Below, piece after piece: positions 38,533 through 49,394 of a stretch of DNA of 64,000 bases (positions are counted from its first letter, which is position 1; every line of letters starts with the position of its first letter). A model generated the notes under the pieces. The model did no database searches and had not been told where the DNA came from. It worked only from the letters and a program-made list of their open reading frames with translations. The stretch is taken from assembly GCA_038231455.1 (NCBI GenBank), contig JBBRLI010000002.1, positions 32,001 to 96,000 on the forward strand, in the 5' to 3' direction. Source of the DNA: Vulcanimicrobiales bacterium. Its GTDB lineage: Bacteria; Vulcanimicrobiota; Vulcanimicrobiia; Vulcanimicrobiales; Vulcanimicrobiaceae. Made by a program: the position numbers and the translations under genes.

Positions 38533-39327
38533 TTACGAGCCGGTCTCCGCGGGTTTGGGGAACATCCCCATCACGTGATACCCGCAGTCGACGAAGTGGA
38601 TGTCGGCGGTAATCGCTTTCGAGAGATTCGAGGCAAGATAGACGGCGAGGTTGCCGATGTCATCGCCCGTGATATTGCGTTTGAGCGGCGCGACGGATTC
38701 AACCATGTCCAGCATATGCTTGAGGTCTTTGACCTGACGCGAGCTTGCGGTTTTGATCGGGCCTGCGGAAATTCCATTGACGCGAATCCCGCGGTCGCCA
38801 AGATCGAAGGCGAGGTAGCGAACGATCGATTCGAGCGCGGCTTTTGCTATGCCGGCAATATTGTAGTTCGGCACGATCGCCGTTGCGCCGTAGTACGTAA
38901 GTGCCATCACGCTAGCGTTATCGCGTAGCTGCTCGCGCAGCGCTCCCACGAGCGCGATGAGCGAGAACGACGAGATGTCCATCGCAAGCGCGAAGCCGGC
39001 GCGCGAGGTATCGTAGACTTTTCCCATCAGGTCTTCTTTGTTGACGAAGGCAATCGAGTGGACGATGCCGTCGAGTCCGCCAAGATCACGCCCGACGTTT
39101 TCCGCCAGCGTCTTGAGCTCTGCATCCGAGGTGACGTCGCACGGATAGCATGGGCCGCCGCCGAGTTCTTTGGCCAGCTTCTCGACTTCGTCTCTGAGGC
39201 GCTCGCCCTGGTAGATGAATCCCAGTTTTGCGCCTTGCTCGGCCATCGCGCGGGCGATGAACGTCGCGATGGACCAGCGATTCGCCACCCCGGTGATGAG
39301 GATGGTCTTGCCTTCTAGTAGCTTCAC
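38533..39327 (-). CDS. fabI: Enoyl-ACP reductase (NADH)
   Basis: GVANRWSIA, VHSIAF, YNIAGIAKAALE, ISAGPIKT. Confidence 0.93.
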   Translation of the reverse strand: MKLLEGKTILITGVANRWSIATFIARAMAEQGAKLGFIYQGERLRDEVEKLAKELGGGPCYPCDVTSDAELKTLAENVGRDLGGLDGIVHSIAFVNKEDLMGKVYDTSRAGFALAMDISSFSLIALVGALREQLRDNASVMALTYYGATAIVPNYNIAGIAKAALESIVRYLAFDLGDRGIRVNGISAGPIKTASSRQVKDLKHMLDMVESVAPLKRNITGDDIGNLAVYLASNLSKAITADIHFVDCGYHVMGMFPKPAETGS

Positions 39328-39337
39328 GAATTGAGTG

Positions 39338-39724
39338 TTAAGGCGTCGCTCCTGGCGATGCCTGCGCCGCACCGGTGAGGGCGCGAACGACGCGGCCCCG
39401 GCCGGTTTGGTCGAGCTCCATCACCTCCGCGACGAGCGCTCCGTCCTCGCGGCGGTAGAGAATCGTCAAGATGCCGATTCCGACGAGGGCGTCGACAAAG
39501 GTGAACCGCAGCCCCGGCGTAGCGAGGCTGCGTTCGATATGCGCGCGGAGCCGGTCGGATCCGACCAGCCAACCCGAGGGGATGCCCCAACGCGTACGCA
39601 CACCCGGTGCGCAATACCGCACATCGTCTGTATAGCAGGCGACGATCGAATTGAGGTCGCCACGATTCCAAGCCGCGCACCAATCTTCGCCGATGCGACG
39701 CGCAGCAGAGGGATCGATGTTCAT
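39338..39724 (-). CDS. SnoaL/NTF2-like family protein
   Basis: WCAAWNRGDLNSIVACYTDDV pattern. Confidence 0.8.
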   Translation of the reverse strand: MNIDPSAARRIGEDWCAAWNRGDLNSIVACYTDDVRYCAPGVRTRWGIPSGWLVGSDRLRAHIERSLATPGLRFTFVDALVGIGILTILYRREDGALVAEVMELDQTGRGRVVRALTGAAQASPGATP

Positions 39725-39946
39725 CGTTTCACGAGTGGAAACGCAACCCGGACATTTTCGAAGATCGCCCGGCGCCGTTCTGTTGGCCGAAGGATCGAAA
39801 CCGTCGTGAGCAAGGCCTTCGTATCGGTAAGAACGTGCGAACGTTCGTTAAGCGTGTAGATTGACATCGAGAACGATCAACGACGACGGAGATTCTGCCG
39901 CGTCGAGGAGGTTCTGGACGTTGTATAGCACAGGCGTTGAAGGCAT
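39721..39946 (-). pseudogene. Probable degraded VapBC toxin-antitoxin remnant
   Basis: Two short overlapping frames give ...YNVQNLLDAAESP, then LIVLDVN / IYTLNERSH...AIFENVRVAFPL, resembling PIN toxin termini. Judged by eye only. Confidence 0.35.
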
Positions 39947-39966
39947 CGTGATGTCAATTTTGCCTC

Positions 39967-41541
39967 CTAGAGCGGAATGTTGCCGTGTTTGCGATGGGGG
40001 CGCTCGACGCGTTTGTTTGCGAGCATCGTAAGGGCGCGGGACACGGCGCGGCGCGTTTGGCTTGCGGCGATCACGTCGTCGACGTATCCGCGCTGCGCTG
40101 CAATGAACGGGTTGGCGAAACGCTCGCTGTACTCGGCGACGAGTTCGTCGGTTTTCGCTTGCGGATCGAGCGCATCGGCGATGTCGCGGCGGAAGATCGT
40201 CTTCACGGCCCCTGCCGCGCCCATGACCGCGATTTCGGCCGTCGGCCAGGCAAGGTTCACGTCGGCCCGGATGTGCTTTGAGGCCATGACGTCATACGCG
40301 CCGCCGTACGCTTTGCGCGTGATGATCGTAATCTTGGGGACGGTCGCCTCGGCGAAGGCGTAGAGCAGCTTTGCACCGTGCTTGATAATGCCGCCGTACT
40401 CTTGCGTCGTGCCGGGTAGGAAGCCGGGGACATCGACGAAGGTCAGCAGCGGGATGTTGAATGCATCGCAAAAGCGCACGAACCGCGCGGCCTTTACGGA
40501 TGAATCGATGTCGAGCACGCCGGCGAGAAACTTCGGCTGATTCGCGACGATGCCGACCGACTTGCCGCCGACGCGACCGAAGCCAATCACGATGTTTTGC
40601 GCGAAAAGCGGCGCAATCTCAAAGAAGTCGCCGTCATCGAGTACGGGGCAGACGGCATCGAGAATATCATAAGGTTTGTTCGGCGAGTCGGGGATCACGC
40701 CGTCGAGTTCGCCCGCAACGCGCAGCGGATCGTCGTCGCTCGGCACTAGCGGCGGATCTTCCAGATTATTCTGCGGAATGAACGAGAGCAAACGTCGTGT
40801 TTGTTCGTTCATGTCGTCTTCGTCGGTTGCGGTGAGATGTGCGACGCCGGACTTGGTGGCGTGCGTCATCGCGCCGCCGAGTTCTTCGAAGCTCACATCC
40901 TCGCCGGTGACCGTCTTGATGATTTCGGGTCCGGTGATGAACATCTGCGAGATTTTCTCGACCATGATCGTAAAGTCGGTAATCGCGGGCGAATAGACCG
41001 CGCCACCCGCACACGGTCCGGCGATCAGCGAAAGCTGCGGAACGACACCGCTGGCCTGCACGTTGCGCCAGAAAATTTCTGCATACCCGCCGAGGCTCAC
41101 GACGCCTTCCTGGATGCGCGCTCCACCCGAATCGTTGATGCCAATCATCGGCGAACCGGTGCGCACGGCTAGGTCCATGACTTTGCAAATTTTCTCAGCG
41201 AAGACTTCGCCCAGCGATCCGCCGAGCACGGTGAAATCTTGCGAGAAGAGGAAGACCTGGCGCCCGTCGATCGTGGCGTGACCGGTGACGACACCGTCGC
41301 CTAAGAACGGCCGTTCATCGAGTCCAAATGCGGTGGATCGGTGGACCGCAAAGCGATCCATCTCAACAAACGAGTCGGGATCGACCAGCGCATCGACACG
41401 CTCGCGCGCCGTCCGCTTCCCACGTTCGCGCTGGCGGTCGTTTGCCGCCTCGCCCGCGGGGGCGAGGGATTCCGTGCGCATGGCGTCCAGGCGCGCGTAG
41501 GCTTTATCGTGCGGCGAGAGCGGCTCGGTTGGCGTCGACAT
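39967..41541 (-). CDS. pccB: Acyl-CoA carboxylase carboxyltransferase (beta) subunit
   Basis: GDGVVTG, DSGGARIQEG, GPCAGGAVY, DVPGFLPG, RKAYGGAY, KHGNIPL. Confidence 0.93.
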   Translation of the reverse strand: MSTPTEPLSPHDKAYARLDAMRTESLAPAGEAANDRQRERGKRTARERVDALVDPDSFVEMDRFAVHRSTAFGLDERPFLGDGVVTGHATIDGRQVFLFSQDFTVLGGSLGEVFAEKICKVMDLAVRTGSPMIGINDSGGARIQEGVVSLGGYAEIFWRNVQASGVVPQLSLIAGPCAGGAVYSPAITDFTIMVEKISQMFITGPEIIKTVTGEDVSFEELGGAMTHATKSGVAHLTATDEDDMNEQTRRLLSFIPQNNLEDPPLVPSDDDPLRVAGELDGVIPDSPNKPYDILDAVCPVLDDGDFFEIAPLFAQNIVIGFGRVGGKSVGIVANQPKFLAGVLDIDSSVKAARFVRFCDAFNIPLLTFVDVPGFLPGTTQEYGGIIKHGAKLLYAFAEATVPKITIITRKAYGGAYDVMASKHIRADVNLAWPTAEIAVMGAAGAVKTIFRRDIADALDPQAKTDELVAEYSERFANPFIAAQRGYVDDVIAASQTRRAVSRALTMLANKRVERPHRKHGNIPL

Positions 41542-41586
41542 GCGATGCGTCTTCGCAAAGGGGATGACGGCGCCCCGCGCCCATCG

Positions 41587-43365
41587 CTACGGTTTGCGCG
41601 CCACTTCGGCCGCCCGTTGGAGTTTCTCAATCTGGTCTTTGCCAATGAACCGGGACATCGTCTGGTAAACCGGTCGCGTCGCGTCGACAAAGGCGGCGCG
41701 CTCGGCCGGAGTAAGCGAGACGATCTCGAGCGATTTACCGAGTTCGGCAAGAGTCGTCTTGTCGAGGGTCTCGGCCTCGCGGCGTTCCCATGCGATCGTC
41801 TCAGCGATGGCGTTGTCGACGAGTGGGCGGTTCTCGCCTAGGGCGTCGTACCAGGCGCCCGACGCTACGACGACCTGCGGGGTGTACATGTGCGCGGTGA
41901 GCGTTAGATATTTTTGAACGTCTTGCAGCTTGAATGCGGCGATCGTCGCTAGGGGATTGTGCTGGCCGTCGATCTCGCCTGCTTGGAGCGCGGCGCGCAA
42001 ACGCGGAAGCGCGATTGGGCGAGCGATCGTATCGAGCGCATCGCCGATAGCAATGTGCACCGGCGACTCGACGACGCGGATGCGAAGGCGACGGATGTCG
42101 GCCGGCGTGCGAATGGCGCGCACGTTGTTCGTCATGTGCCGAAATCCGTTCTCGAAGAAACCAAGACCGACGAGTCCGATGCGGCGCAGCGAGTCGAGCA
42201 GTTCGCGACCATATGGACCATCGAGCAGCGCGGCGACGTGTCGGCGGTCGTCGAGCAAATACGGCATCTCGAGCAGTTGAAAGGCCGGCAACACGTTGCC
42301 GACGATCGCGCAGCCGATCGAGGCCAACGTGGTCTCGCCGCGGCGCACGGCTGAGAGGATGCCGATCTCGCCTTTGCCGCCCGACGAATCGCCCGGGCGC
42401 GCTTCGACACGCGTGCTCGGCAGAGCAGATCCGAGTCGGCGTGCAAGCTCGGTGACGCTACGTCCCGCGAGCGACTCGGCCGCAAGACCCGTCGAAACGA
42501 TAATGGGCCCGGTTGCGATCCGCGAACCGGTGTCCATCTCGATCAAGTGGTAGTCGATCGCGTTGATCGCGAGGATCGCCTCTGCCGCATCGGCCACGTG
42601 CGAGCGCGACGTGCGCATCAGCTCGGCGGCGCTGCGTCCAAACTGATTTGCGCGCGCCGCGTGATCGGACGTCGTATTTCTCACACCGTCGAAGGCTTCT
42701 TCGGTCGACCGGACGGCGGTGCCGATTTCGCCGAGTGCAGCGCGCGCACTCGCCGCTGCGCGATCGCCCGCTGCAACGGCCTCATCGGCCGAATCGGCAA
42801 CGGCCGTTGTTTTCTCGGTGCCGCGTCGCACGTCGGCGAGCAGATTCTCCATCGTCTTGGTTGCATCGCGCGTCGAGTCGGCGAGCTTGCGCACTTCGCT
42901 TGCAACGACCGCGAAGCCGCGACCGTGTTCGCCCGCGCGTGCGGCTTCGATTGCGGCGTTGAGGGCGAGCAAATTCGTGCGCGCGGAGACTTCGCCGACG
43001 AACGCGACGATCTCATCGATGCGCCCGAGCGTTTCGACGAGTTCGAGCATCGTTTCGCGCGCGGAGCGCGAACCCGAGGCGAGCATCTCGACGCTCTCGA
43101 CAAGTTTTTCGATCGACGCGCCGGCGGAATCGACGCGTTCGCGCGCGGCGTGCGCGCGCGTTGCAGCATCGCGAATCTCTTCGAGCGATTTCCCTAAGTC
43201 GTTTGCCATCGATTCGGATACGTCGGCGATCTCTTGCAAGCCGACGCTCTGCGTGGCGGAATTATCGGAGATGCGGCGCGAGGTCTCGCGCAGGCGGGAG
43301 GCAGCAAAACGCATGCTCTCCGTAAGAGCACCGTGTTCAAGAGCGCTATTTCCCGTCGACTCCAT
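41587..43365 (-). CDS. Soluble methyl-accepting chemotaxis protein fused to a TRAP-type DctP solute-binding domain
   Basis: [33 protein letters not shown] (MCP hairpin), then [34 protein letters not shown] and [10 protein letters not shown] (DctP). No TM helix or signal peptide. Confidence 0.88.
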   Translation of the reverse strand: MESTGNSALEHGALTESMRFAASRLRETSRRISDNSATQSVGLQEIADVSESMANDLGKSLEEIRDAATRAHAARERVDSAGASIEKLVESVEMLASGSRSARETMLELVETLGRIDEIVAFVGEVSARTNLLALNAAIEAARAGEHGRGFAVVASEVRKLADSTRDATKTMENLLADVRRGTEKTTAVADSADEAVAAGDRAAASARAALGEIGTAVRSTEEAFDGVRNTTSDHAARANQFGRSAAELMRTSRSHVADAAEAILAINAIDYHLIEMDTGSRIATGPIIVSTGLAAESLAGRSVTELARRLGSALPSTRVEARPGDSSGGKGEIGILSAVRRGETTLASIGCAIVGNVLPAFQLLEMPYLLDDRRHVAALLDGPYGRELLDSLRRIGLVGLGFFENGFRHMTNNVRAIRTPADIRRLRIRVVESPVHIAIGDALDTIARPIALPRLRAALQAGEIDGQHNPLATIAAFKLQDVQKYLTLTAHMYTPQVVVASGAWYDALGENRPLVDNAIAETIAWERREAETLDKTTLAELGKSLEIVSLTPAERAAFVDATRPVYQTMSRFIGKDQIEKLQRAAEVARKP

Positions 43366-43445
43366 CGATGAAATCTTCGGCCAACCCGCCAACACCCCCG
43401 CCAACCGGCGGCATCTCTTTACCATGAGGCGAATAGGCTGGCTCG

Positions 43446-43973
43446 ATGATTGATCCGCAACTTCTGGTTGCTGCACGCGGGGGTGATCCGAATTCAATGG
43501 ACGCACTCCTGCGTGAGTTGTGGCCGGATGCCTTCCGGATCAGTTTTTTGCTGCTTCGCGATCGCGCGGCGGCAGAAGATTCAGCCCAGGATGCTCTCGC
43601 TCGGGTGTGGGCGACCCTCGACGATCTGAATGACCTTGCGGCCTTTCCCGCGTGGTTTTACCGACTCGTTGTGAACGGTGCGAAAATGCAGCAGCGAGGC
43701 GCTGGGCGTCGGCGGGTACGCGAAGAAACGTCCGTATCGATCGAGGTATCCAGAGATGAAGACGACCGTATTGACGTCAACTCCGCGATCCGCTCGCTGC
43801 CGGAGTGGCTCCGCGTTCCGGTCGTGCTGCACTACTAGGCCGGCCTAACGAGTGCCGAAATTGGTCGAATTCTCGACGCGCCAGCGGCAACGATTCGTTT
43901 TCGACTCTCGCTCGCTCGACGTCAACTTCGCCCGAAACTCGACGTTGAATCTACGATTCAGGTGGCTTTATGA
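43446..43973 (+). pseudogene. ECF sigma-70 factor interrupted by an in-frame TAG (43836-43838)
   Basis: Region 2 (AEDSAQD, FPAWFYRL). Past the TAG the same frame gives AGLTSAEIGRILDAPAATIRFRLSLARRQLR (region 4 HTH) and ends at TGA 43971-43973, overlapping the next ATG. Confidence 0.85.
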
Positions 43974-44725
43974 ACGACAACCAAATTGGATCACAAATTT
44001 GTCGCAACGTTGCATCGATCGTGCCCCCAGCATATGCTGCTAGCGAAGTCGCACGCAAGCATCTCGCGATGAAGTCTCTGCCTTTGAGCCCTCAAAAGCG
44101 CGAGCGGAAGCAATTTATTCTGGCGGGGCTGGCTTCGCTCTTGGTCATCGCGCCGGCTGGAGCGTATGCGACGCATGCCCAGAAGGTCGATGACACGTTG
44201 CGCGGCGCGATGCGATCCTTCGGAATCCAAATGGTCGGCCCGATATCATCGAACGACCCGCAGGCGATCAGTCTTGCAGATGCTGAATCGCGAGCTCCAT
44301 TCAAGGTTCTTGTGCCGAAAATGGCAGCGAGCGCGCGGCTCGAGCACATCTACCGGAGCAATGGAGAGCACGTCGGCGATACGGTCGAGCTCCTGTATCG
44401 CCTTAACGGCACACCGGGACGTCCGCTTATTAATTTCCAGGAATCAGCGAAACCGTTGACCGTTCCGAAGCACGATCCGCGGGCTAATCGCGAGTTTGAA
44501 CTCTATGGTGAATACTATTACGCGGAACACCTTATGGACAAACAAAAGCCAGAACTTAAACTCATCCGTCCTGCGATCTGGGAGGCTGGCTCGACAAGTA
44601 TTCGCGTTTTCAATGGTGATAAGATCTCAGCGGCTGAGTTGAACGCTATTCGGCGATCGATGAACGCGCGCGAGATCGTAGCAGCACGTCAAATGCTAAC
44701 GATCGTACCGAAGCACGATCGTTAG
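43970..44725 (+). CDS. Putative anti-sigma factor (single TM, extracytoplasmic C-terminus)
   Basis: Coupled to the ECF gene; short N-terminus, TM FILAGLASLLVIAPAGAYA, and SLADAESRAPFKVLVP segment. Confidence 0.65.
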   Translation: MNDNQIGSQICRNVASIVPPAYAASEVARKHLAMKSLPLSPQKRERKQFILAGLASLLVIAPAGAYATHAQKVDDTLRGAMRSFGIQMVGPISSNDPQAISLADAESRAPFKVLVPKMAASARLEHIYRSNGEHVGDTVELLYRLNGTPGRPLINFQESAKPLTVPKHDPRANREFELYGEYYYAEHLMDKQKPELKLIRPAIWEAGSTSIRVFNGDKISAAELNAIRRSMNAREIVAARQMLTIVPKHDR

Positions 44726-44750
44726 CTAGGCTGTCTAATGAGGCGCCGAC

Positions 44751-45062
44751 CTACCAGATGCCGAGGGTGACCTTCGCATCATCGGAGGCCATCGTCTTCG
44801 GGTCCCAAGGCGGCGTGAACGTGAGTACGACTTCGACTTTTTTTACGTCGTCCATCGACTCGACTTTGGATTGCACGGCCTGCTTGAACATCGGGCCGAC
44901 CGGACACATGGGTGAGGTCAGCGTCATCGTGACCGTGACGTCGTCTTGTTTTTCGCCTTCGACGGCGATGTCATAGACCAGGCCCAAGTCCACGATTCCA
45001 ATATGGAGCTCGGGGTCTTCGACGGTCGCTAAGGCTTCACGGACTTGCTCGGTTGTCGGCAT
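44751..45062 (-). CDS. Metal-sulfur cluster assembly factor (DUF59/SufT-like)
   Basis: DPELHIGIVDLGLVY, TLTSPMCP, PPWDP. Confidence 0.92.
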   Translation of the reverse strand: MPTTEQVREALATVEDPELHIGIVDLGLVYDIAVEGEKQDDVTVTMTLTSPMCPVGPMFKQAVQSKVESMDDVKKVEVVLTFTPPWDPKTMASDDAKVTLGIW

Positions 45063-45091
45063 GTTGGGGATCCTCCGGTCTCAAGACCGAG

Positions 45092-45661
45092 CTAGGTGTT
45101 CGATTGGTTCCAGGCAGCGGCCCGGGCAAGGTCGGCGGGGGAGTCGACGTCCATGATCGCGCCAACGTCGTCGATCGGCATCGCGTGGATCACGAGGCGC
45201 TGGTCGCGGCGCAGTTCGCGTAAGGTATCGCCATCGGCGACGCCGCCGAGTAAAGCGCGTGCGCGCGGCCCGAAGACGACCGGATGGGCCGGGCGGCCGT
45301 TGTGTTCGGGTGAGACGACATCGACGCTCGGGTTATAGCAAGCAACGACCCGGTCGACGAGCGCCTGCGTGACATAGGGTAAGTCGGCTAATAAAACAGC
45401 GATGGCTGCATCCGCGGGGATGCAACCATCGGCGAGTTTGAGCGAGTACGTCATCCCGCGTTCGGGTTCCGTATTGATGATGACGCGGCGCTTGGTCGAC
45501 GCGGCGACGTGTAAGGCGATCTCGTGGCTTGCAACGACGATGCTCGGCGCATCCCCGCACGCATCGAGGGCGCGCGCGATCAGCGTTCGCCCATCGAAGG
45601 TGGCGAGGAGTTTTGCCGAACCGAAGCGTCGCGCTGCGCCCGCGGCGAGCACGACGCGCAC
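45092..45661 (-). CDS. mocA: Molybdenum cofactor cytidylyltransferase-like nucleotidyltransferase
   Basis: [33 protein letters not shown]. Confidence 0.82.
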   Translation of the reverse strand: MRVVLAAGAARRFGSAKLLATFDGRTLIARALDACGDAPSIVVASHEIALHVAASTKRRVIINTEPERGMTYSLKLADGCIPADAAIAVLLADLPYVTQALVDRVVACYNPSVDVVSPEHNGRPAHPVVFGPRARALLGGVADGDTLRELRRDQRLVIHAMPIDDVGAIMDVDSPADLARAAAWNQSNT

Positions 45662-45665
45662 GATC

Positions 45666-47810
45666 TCAGGCAGTGAAGCCGTGCCGCACGAACGGAAGAC
45701 TCCGCACGCGCGTTCCTGTTGCCGCAAAGATGGCGTTGGCAACCGCCGGAGCGATCGGCGGCGTGCCGGGTTCGCCAACGCCGCCGGGGCTTTCGGTATT
45801 CTGGACGATCTGCACGTCCATGTGCGGTGCTTCGGCCAGATGCACCATCGGATAGTCATAGAAGTTGTTCTGCGCGACGCGTCCTTTATCGATTGTGATC
45901 TCGCCGTAGAGCGCGGCGGTCAGACCGTAGATCATCGCGCTCTGCATTTGCGCTTCGACGGTGTTCGGATTGACGTATGTGCCGCAGTCGACGACGCATG
46001 CGATCCGGTGGACGCGAAGCTTTTTCTTGGCATCGACGGAGACCTCGGCGACTTCAGCGACGATGGTGCCGAACGATTCGTGCAGCGCGATCCCGCGTCC
46101 GTGACCTTTGGCAAGCGGCTTGCCCCAATCGCCGAGTTTTGCGGCCATCTCAAGCACGTTGAGATGGCGTGCTTCTTTGGCGAGCAGCGGCCGGCGGAAT
46201 TCGACGGCGTCTTTGCCCGCGGCGTGTGCCATCTCGTCCATGAAGCTCTCGAAGAAGAAGCCGTTCTGCGAATTGCCGACCGAGCGCCAGAAGAAGACCG
46301 GCACGGCGAAATTCTTCATCACGGTATCGACGGTGAAGTTCGGAATCGCGTACTTCTTATCGGCGCAGCCTTCGACCGAGAAACTATCGGGTTTGTCGGG
46401 CGGGGGCGGCGGGAATCCGAGCTGGGGATTTGAGACGAGCAGCGAGGGGGTGACGATGCGCTGTTGCCAAGCAACGAGATTGCCGCTCGCATCGAGTCCG
46501 CCTTTGAGCTGGGTGAGCGAGGTCGGACGGAACGTGTCGTGTTGAATATCTTCTTCGCGGGACCATACCAGTTTGACCGGCTTGCCGATCATCGTCGAGA
46601 TTTGGATCGCTTCGGCCGCAAAGTCGAGGTTGAAGCGCCGACCGAAACCGCCGCCCAAATAGGTCGTGTGAATTTTGATCGCGCTCGGCGGTAAACCGGT
46701 CATTTTCGCCGCGAGGCCCGCGAGGGGGCCCGGAGCTTGCGAGGGTGCCCAGACTTCGCACGATGTTTTCGTGACCGACGCCGTGCAGTTCATCGGTTCC
46801 ATCGTTGCGTGCGCGAGATACGGCGCGTAATATTCCGCAGTCACGACTTTGCTGGCCGTTTTAAGCGTGCCGTCGGCATCGCCGACGGTCGTTGCTATGA
46901 CGGGTTTTTCGTTCATACCGGCGCGCAGGGTCGTTTCGATTTTCGCGCTACTCAGGGTCGCGTCGCCGCCGGTGTAGCTGATTTTCAGCGCTTCGACCGC
47001 TTTTTTGGCACGGTAATAGCGGTCGGAAACGACAACGGCAGCCGTCTTCATGTTCAGCACCTGATGCGGGCCTTTGAAACCCTTGATCGGGGTGTCATCG
47101 ATGCTCGCGATCGTCGAACCGAACACCGGCGCGTGGCGAATCGCCGCATACACCATCCCCGGCACTTTGACGTCGATCCCAAATCCGGCTTTGCCCTGGA
47201 CTTTGGCGGAGGTGTCAACGCGTGGGACGGACTTTCCGATGATCGTCCACGCTTCACGCGGTTTGAGTTCGACTTTTTCCGGCGGCGGAATCGTCGCCGC
47301 CGCACCCGCAAGCGAACCGTATGTAGCGCTGCGTTTACTCGCGTCGTGATAGACCATCGACTTTGCCGTGCGCAGTTCGTTTGCGGGCACGTTCCACTGC
47401 GTGGCGGCGGCGCCGACGAGCATGGCACGGGCACTTGCGCCGGCTTGACGCAGCGGCATGAAGAAGCCGCGAATTGCCGATGACCCACCCGTTGCCATCG
47501 TCTGGAACGGCGGGTTGTTGTAGGCCTTATCGACCTGCGGTGCATCGACGATGACGCGAGCCCAGTCGGCGTCGAGTTCTTCTGCGACCAGCATTGGCAG
47601 CGAGGTCATGACGCCTTGACCCATTTCCGACTGCGGTGCGTATATGGAGATCGTGTTGTCGGGCGAGATCTTGATCCATGCGCCGATCGGCGTGGACGTC
47701 ATTGCGGCTTCGGCGCGGCGTGCGGTAAATGGAAGCGAGACATCGAGGAGTAGGCCGCCGCCGGCGATAGCCGTTGCGCGTAAAAAAGACGATCGATCCA
47801 TCATCTTCAT
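45666..47810 (-). CDS. Xanthine dehydrogenase family molybdopterin-binding subunit (isoquinoline 1-oxidoreductase beta-like)
   Basis: Tat-like leader [37 protein letters not shown]. Confidence 0.92.
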   Translation of the reverse strand: MKMMDRSSFLRATAIAGGGLLLDVSLPFTARRAEAAMTSTPIGAWIKISPDNTISIYAPQSEMGQGVMTSLPMLVAEELDADWARVIVDAPQVDKAYNNPPFQTMATGGSSAIRGFFMPLRQAGASARAMLVGAAATQWNVPANELRTAKSMVYHDASKRSATYGSLAGAAATIPPPEKVELKPREAWTIIGKSVPRVDTSAKVQGKAGFGIDVKVPGMVYAAIRHAPVFGSTIASIDDTPIKGFKGPHQVLNMKTAAVVVSDRYYRAKKAVEALKISYTGGDATLSSAKIETTLRAGMNEKPVIATTVGDADGTLKTASKVVTAEYYAPYLAHATMEPMNCTASVTKTSCEVWAPSQAPGPLAGLAAKMTGLPPSAIKIHTTYLGGGFGRRFNLDFAAEAIQISTMIGKPVKLVWSREEDIQHDTFRPTSLTQLKGGLDASGNLVAWQQRIVTPSLLVSNPQLGFPPPPPDKPDSFSVEGCADKKYAIPNFTVDTVMKNFAVPVFFWRSVGNSQNGFFFESFMDEMAHAAGKDAVEFRRPLLAKEARHLNVLEMAAKLGDWGKPLAKGHGRGIALHESFGTIVAEVAEVSVDAKKKLRVHRIACVVDCGTYVNPNTVEAQMQSAMIYGLTAALYGEITIDKGRVAQNNFYDYPMVHLAEAPHMDVQIVQNTESPGGVGEPGTPPIAPAVANAIFAATGTRVRSLPFVRHGFTA

Positions 47811-48259
47811 GCGTTCGCCGCCCGATGGATCGCCTTGCGAATGCGGCTATAGGTGCCGCAGCGGCACACGTTGGTGACGTTCTCATCGATCTGTGCATCG
47901 GTTGGTTTGGGATGTTTTTTCAAAAGTGCCGCCGTTGCCATGATGAAGCCGGGCTGGCAGTAACCGCACTGCGGTACTTCTTCAGCGATCCAGGCTTCTT
48001 GAATCTTTGTGAGATGCCCATCCGCAGGCGGCAGACCCTCGATCGTGGTGATCGATTTGCCTTTGACTTGATCGAGCGTCACGGAGCACGAACGCACGGC
48101 CTCGCCGTTGACGTGCACGGTGCACGCGCCGCAAAGTGCAACGCCGCAACCGAATTTCGTTCCGGTGTAGCCAACGGTATCGCGAATCACCCACAGCAGC
48201 GGGGTGTCGCCCTCATCATCGACGCTGAATTTTTTCTTATTGACGGTCAGTTCGGTCAT
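47807..48259 (-). CDS. (2Fe-2S)-binding small subunit
   Basis: [30 protein letters not shown]. Confidence 0.95.
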   Translation of the reverse strand: MTELTVNKKKFSVDDEGDTPLLWVIRDTVGYTGTKFGCGVALCGACTVHVNGEAVRSCSVTLDQVKGKSITTIEGLPPADGHLTKIQEAWIAEEVPQCGYCQPGFIMATAALLKKHPKPTDAQIDENVTNVCRCGTYSRIRKAIHRAANA

Positions 48260-48278
48260 AACGCCCCCTTGGCTAAAC

Positions 48279-49394
48279 CTACGAGGTGCTCCGCTGCACG
48301 AGCGGGGTTTCTTCCTGTCGGTGGAGCGCGCGCGATCCGCCGGTGAGACGCCCGCCGCTACGATCGTGGCGCAAGGCGATGATTTCGGCTGCGATCGAGA
48401 TCGCGGTTTCTTCGGGTGTGCGTCCGCCAAGATCTAATCCCACGGGTGATGCGAGTCGTGCGAGTTCGGTTTGGGTAAGGCCCGCTGCGCGGAGTTGCGC
48501 GACGCGTTTTGCCTGCGTTGACCGGCTGCCCATCGCACCGACGTAGATCGCTGGCGAGCGGAGCGCGTTGACGAGCAGTGGGATATCGAATTTTTCTTCG
48601 TGCGTGAGGACCACGCAAATCGAATCCGAACCGAGTGGGTTCGCCTCAAGATAGGAGTCGGGCCACTGCACGATGATTTCATCGGCATCGGGGAAACGCT
48701 CGCGCGTGGCAAACGCCGGACGCGCATCGACGACCGTCACTCGGTAACCGAGCATCGTGCCAAGACGCGCGAGTGGGCGCGCGAAATCGACGGCGCCTGC
48801 CAGCACCATGCGCGCGCGCGGACCGAAGGTACGAACGAAGATCGCGGCCTCGGTGCCGAGCGGTTCGCCACGATCGCCGTAGTGACGGCGTTCCACGTTG
48901 CCGCTTTCCGTTCGCGCATCGAGTTCGGCGGCGACGGCGTAATCCAGCCCCGGCGAGCCGAGCGTTCCACGCCGGGCACCCGCATCGATGATGAGCCGGT
49001 TGCCGATCCCCGCCGGATCCAGACGGATCGCAACGGCAAGAGGCGTCTCGTTTTCCAGCGCGCGCGCAACGTCGTCGAAAAAGCCGTCCACGCGCTCGAT
49101 GTAGACTTCGAGTTCACCACCACACGTGAGACCGACGGAGAACGGATCGCCGTCGTTTGCCGTATAGCGCAGTAGTTTGGCCGCGCCGCTTGCGATCACG
49201 CCCATTGCCTCATCGACGACGGCCCCGTCGACGCAGCCGCCCGAGAGCGACCCCGCAAATTCACCGTGTTCGTTGACGGCGAGTAATGCACCAAGTTCGC
49301 GTGGCGACGAACCACCGATGCCCACGATCGTCGCGGTAGCAACGGCATCGCCGCGCGAACGCCAGCGCGCGATGTGCGGAATGACCTCACGCAT
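48279..49394 (-). CDS. xdhC: XdhC/CoxI family Moco insertion chaperone
   Basis: [40 protein letters not shown]. Confidence 0.92.
   Translation of the reverse strand: MREVIPHIARWRSRGDAVATATIVGIGGSSPRELGALLAVNEHGEFAGSLSGGCVDGAVVDEAMGVIASGAAKLLRYTANDGDPFSVGLTCGGELEVYIERVDGFFDDVARALENETPLAVAIRLDPAGIGNRLIIDAGARRGTLGSPGLDYAVAAELDARTESGNVERRHYGDRGEPLGTEAAIFVRTFGPRARMVLAGAVDFARPLARLGTMLGYRVTVVDARPAFATRERFPDADEIIVQWPDSYLEANPLGSDSICVVLTHEEKFDIPLLVNALRSPAIYVGAMGSRSTQAKRVAQLRAAGLTQTELARLASPVGLDLGGRTPEETAISIAAEIIALRHDRSGGRLTGGSRALHRQEETPLVQRSTS

Noticed and set aside
39920-39958. TTGACA...TATACA sigma-70 promoter on the minus strand
   Set aside because: The spacer is 24 nt, far from 16-18.
28000-41541. 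3-hydroxypropionate-type carbon fixation cluster (carboxylase + epimerase + mutase)
   Set aside because: The diagnostic malonyl-CoA reductase and propionyl-CoA synthase are not in the window; ordinary propionyl-CoA metabolism explains these genes.
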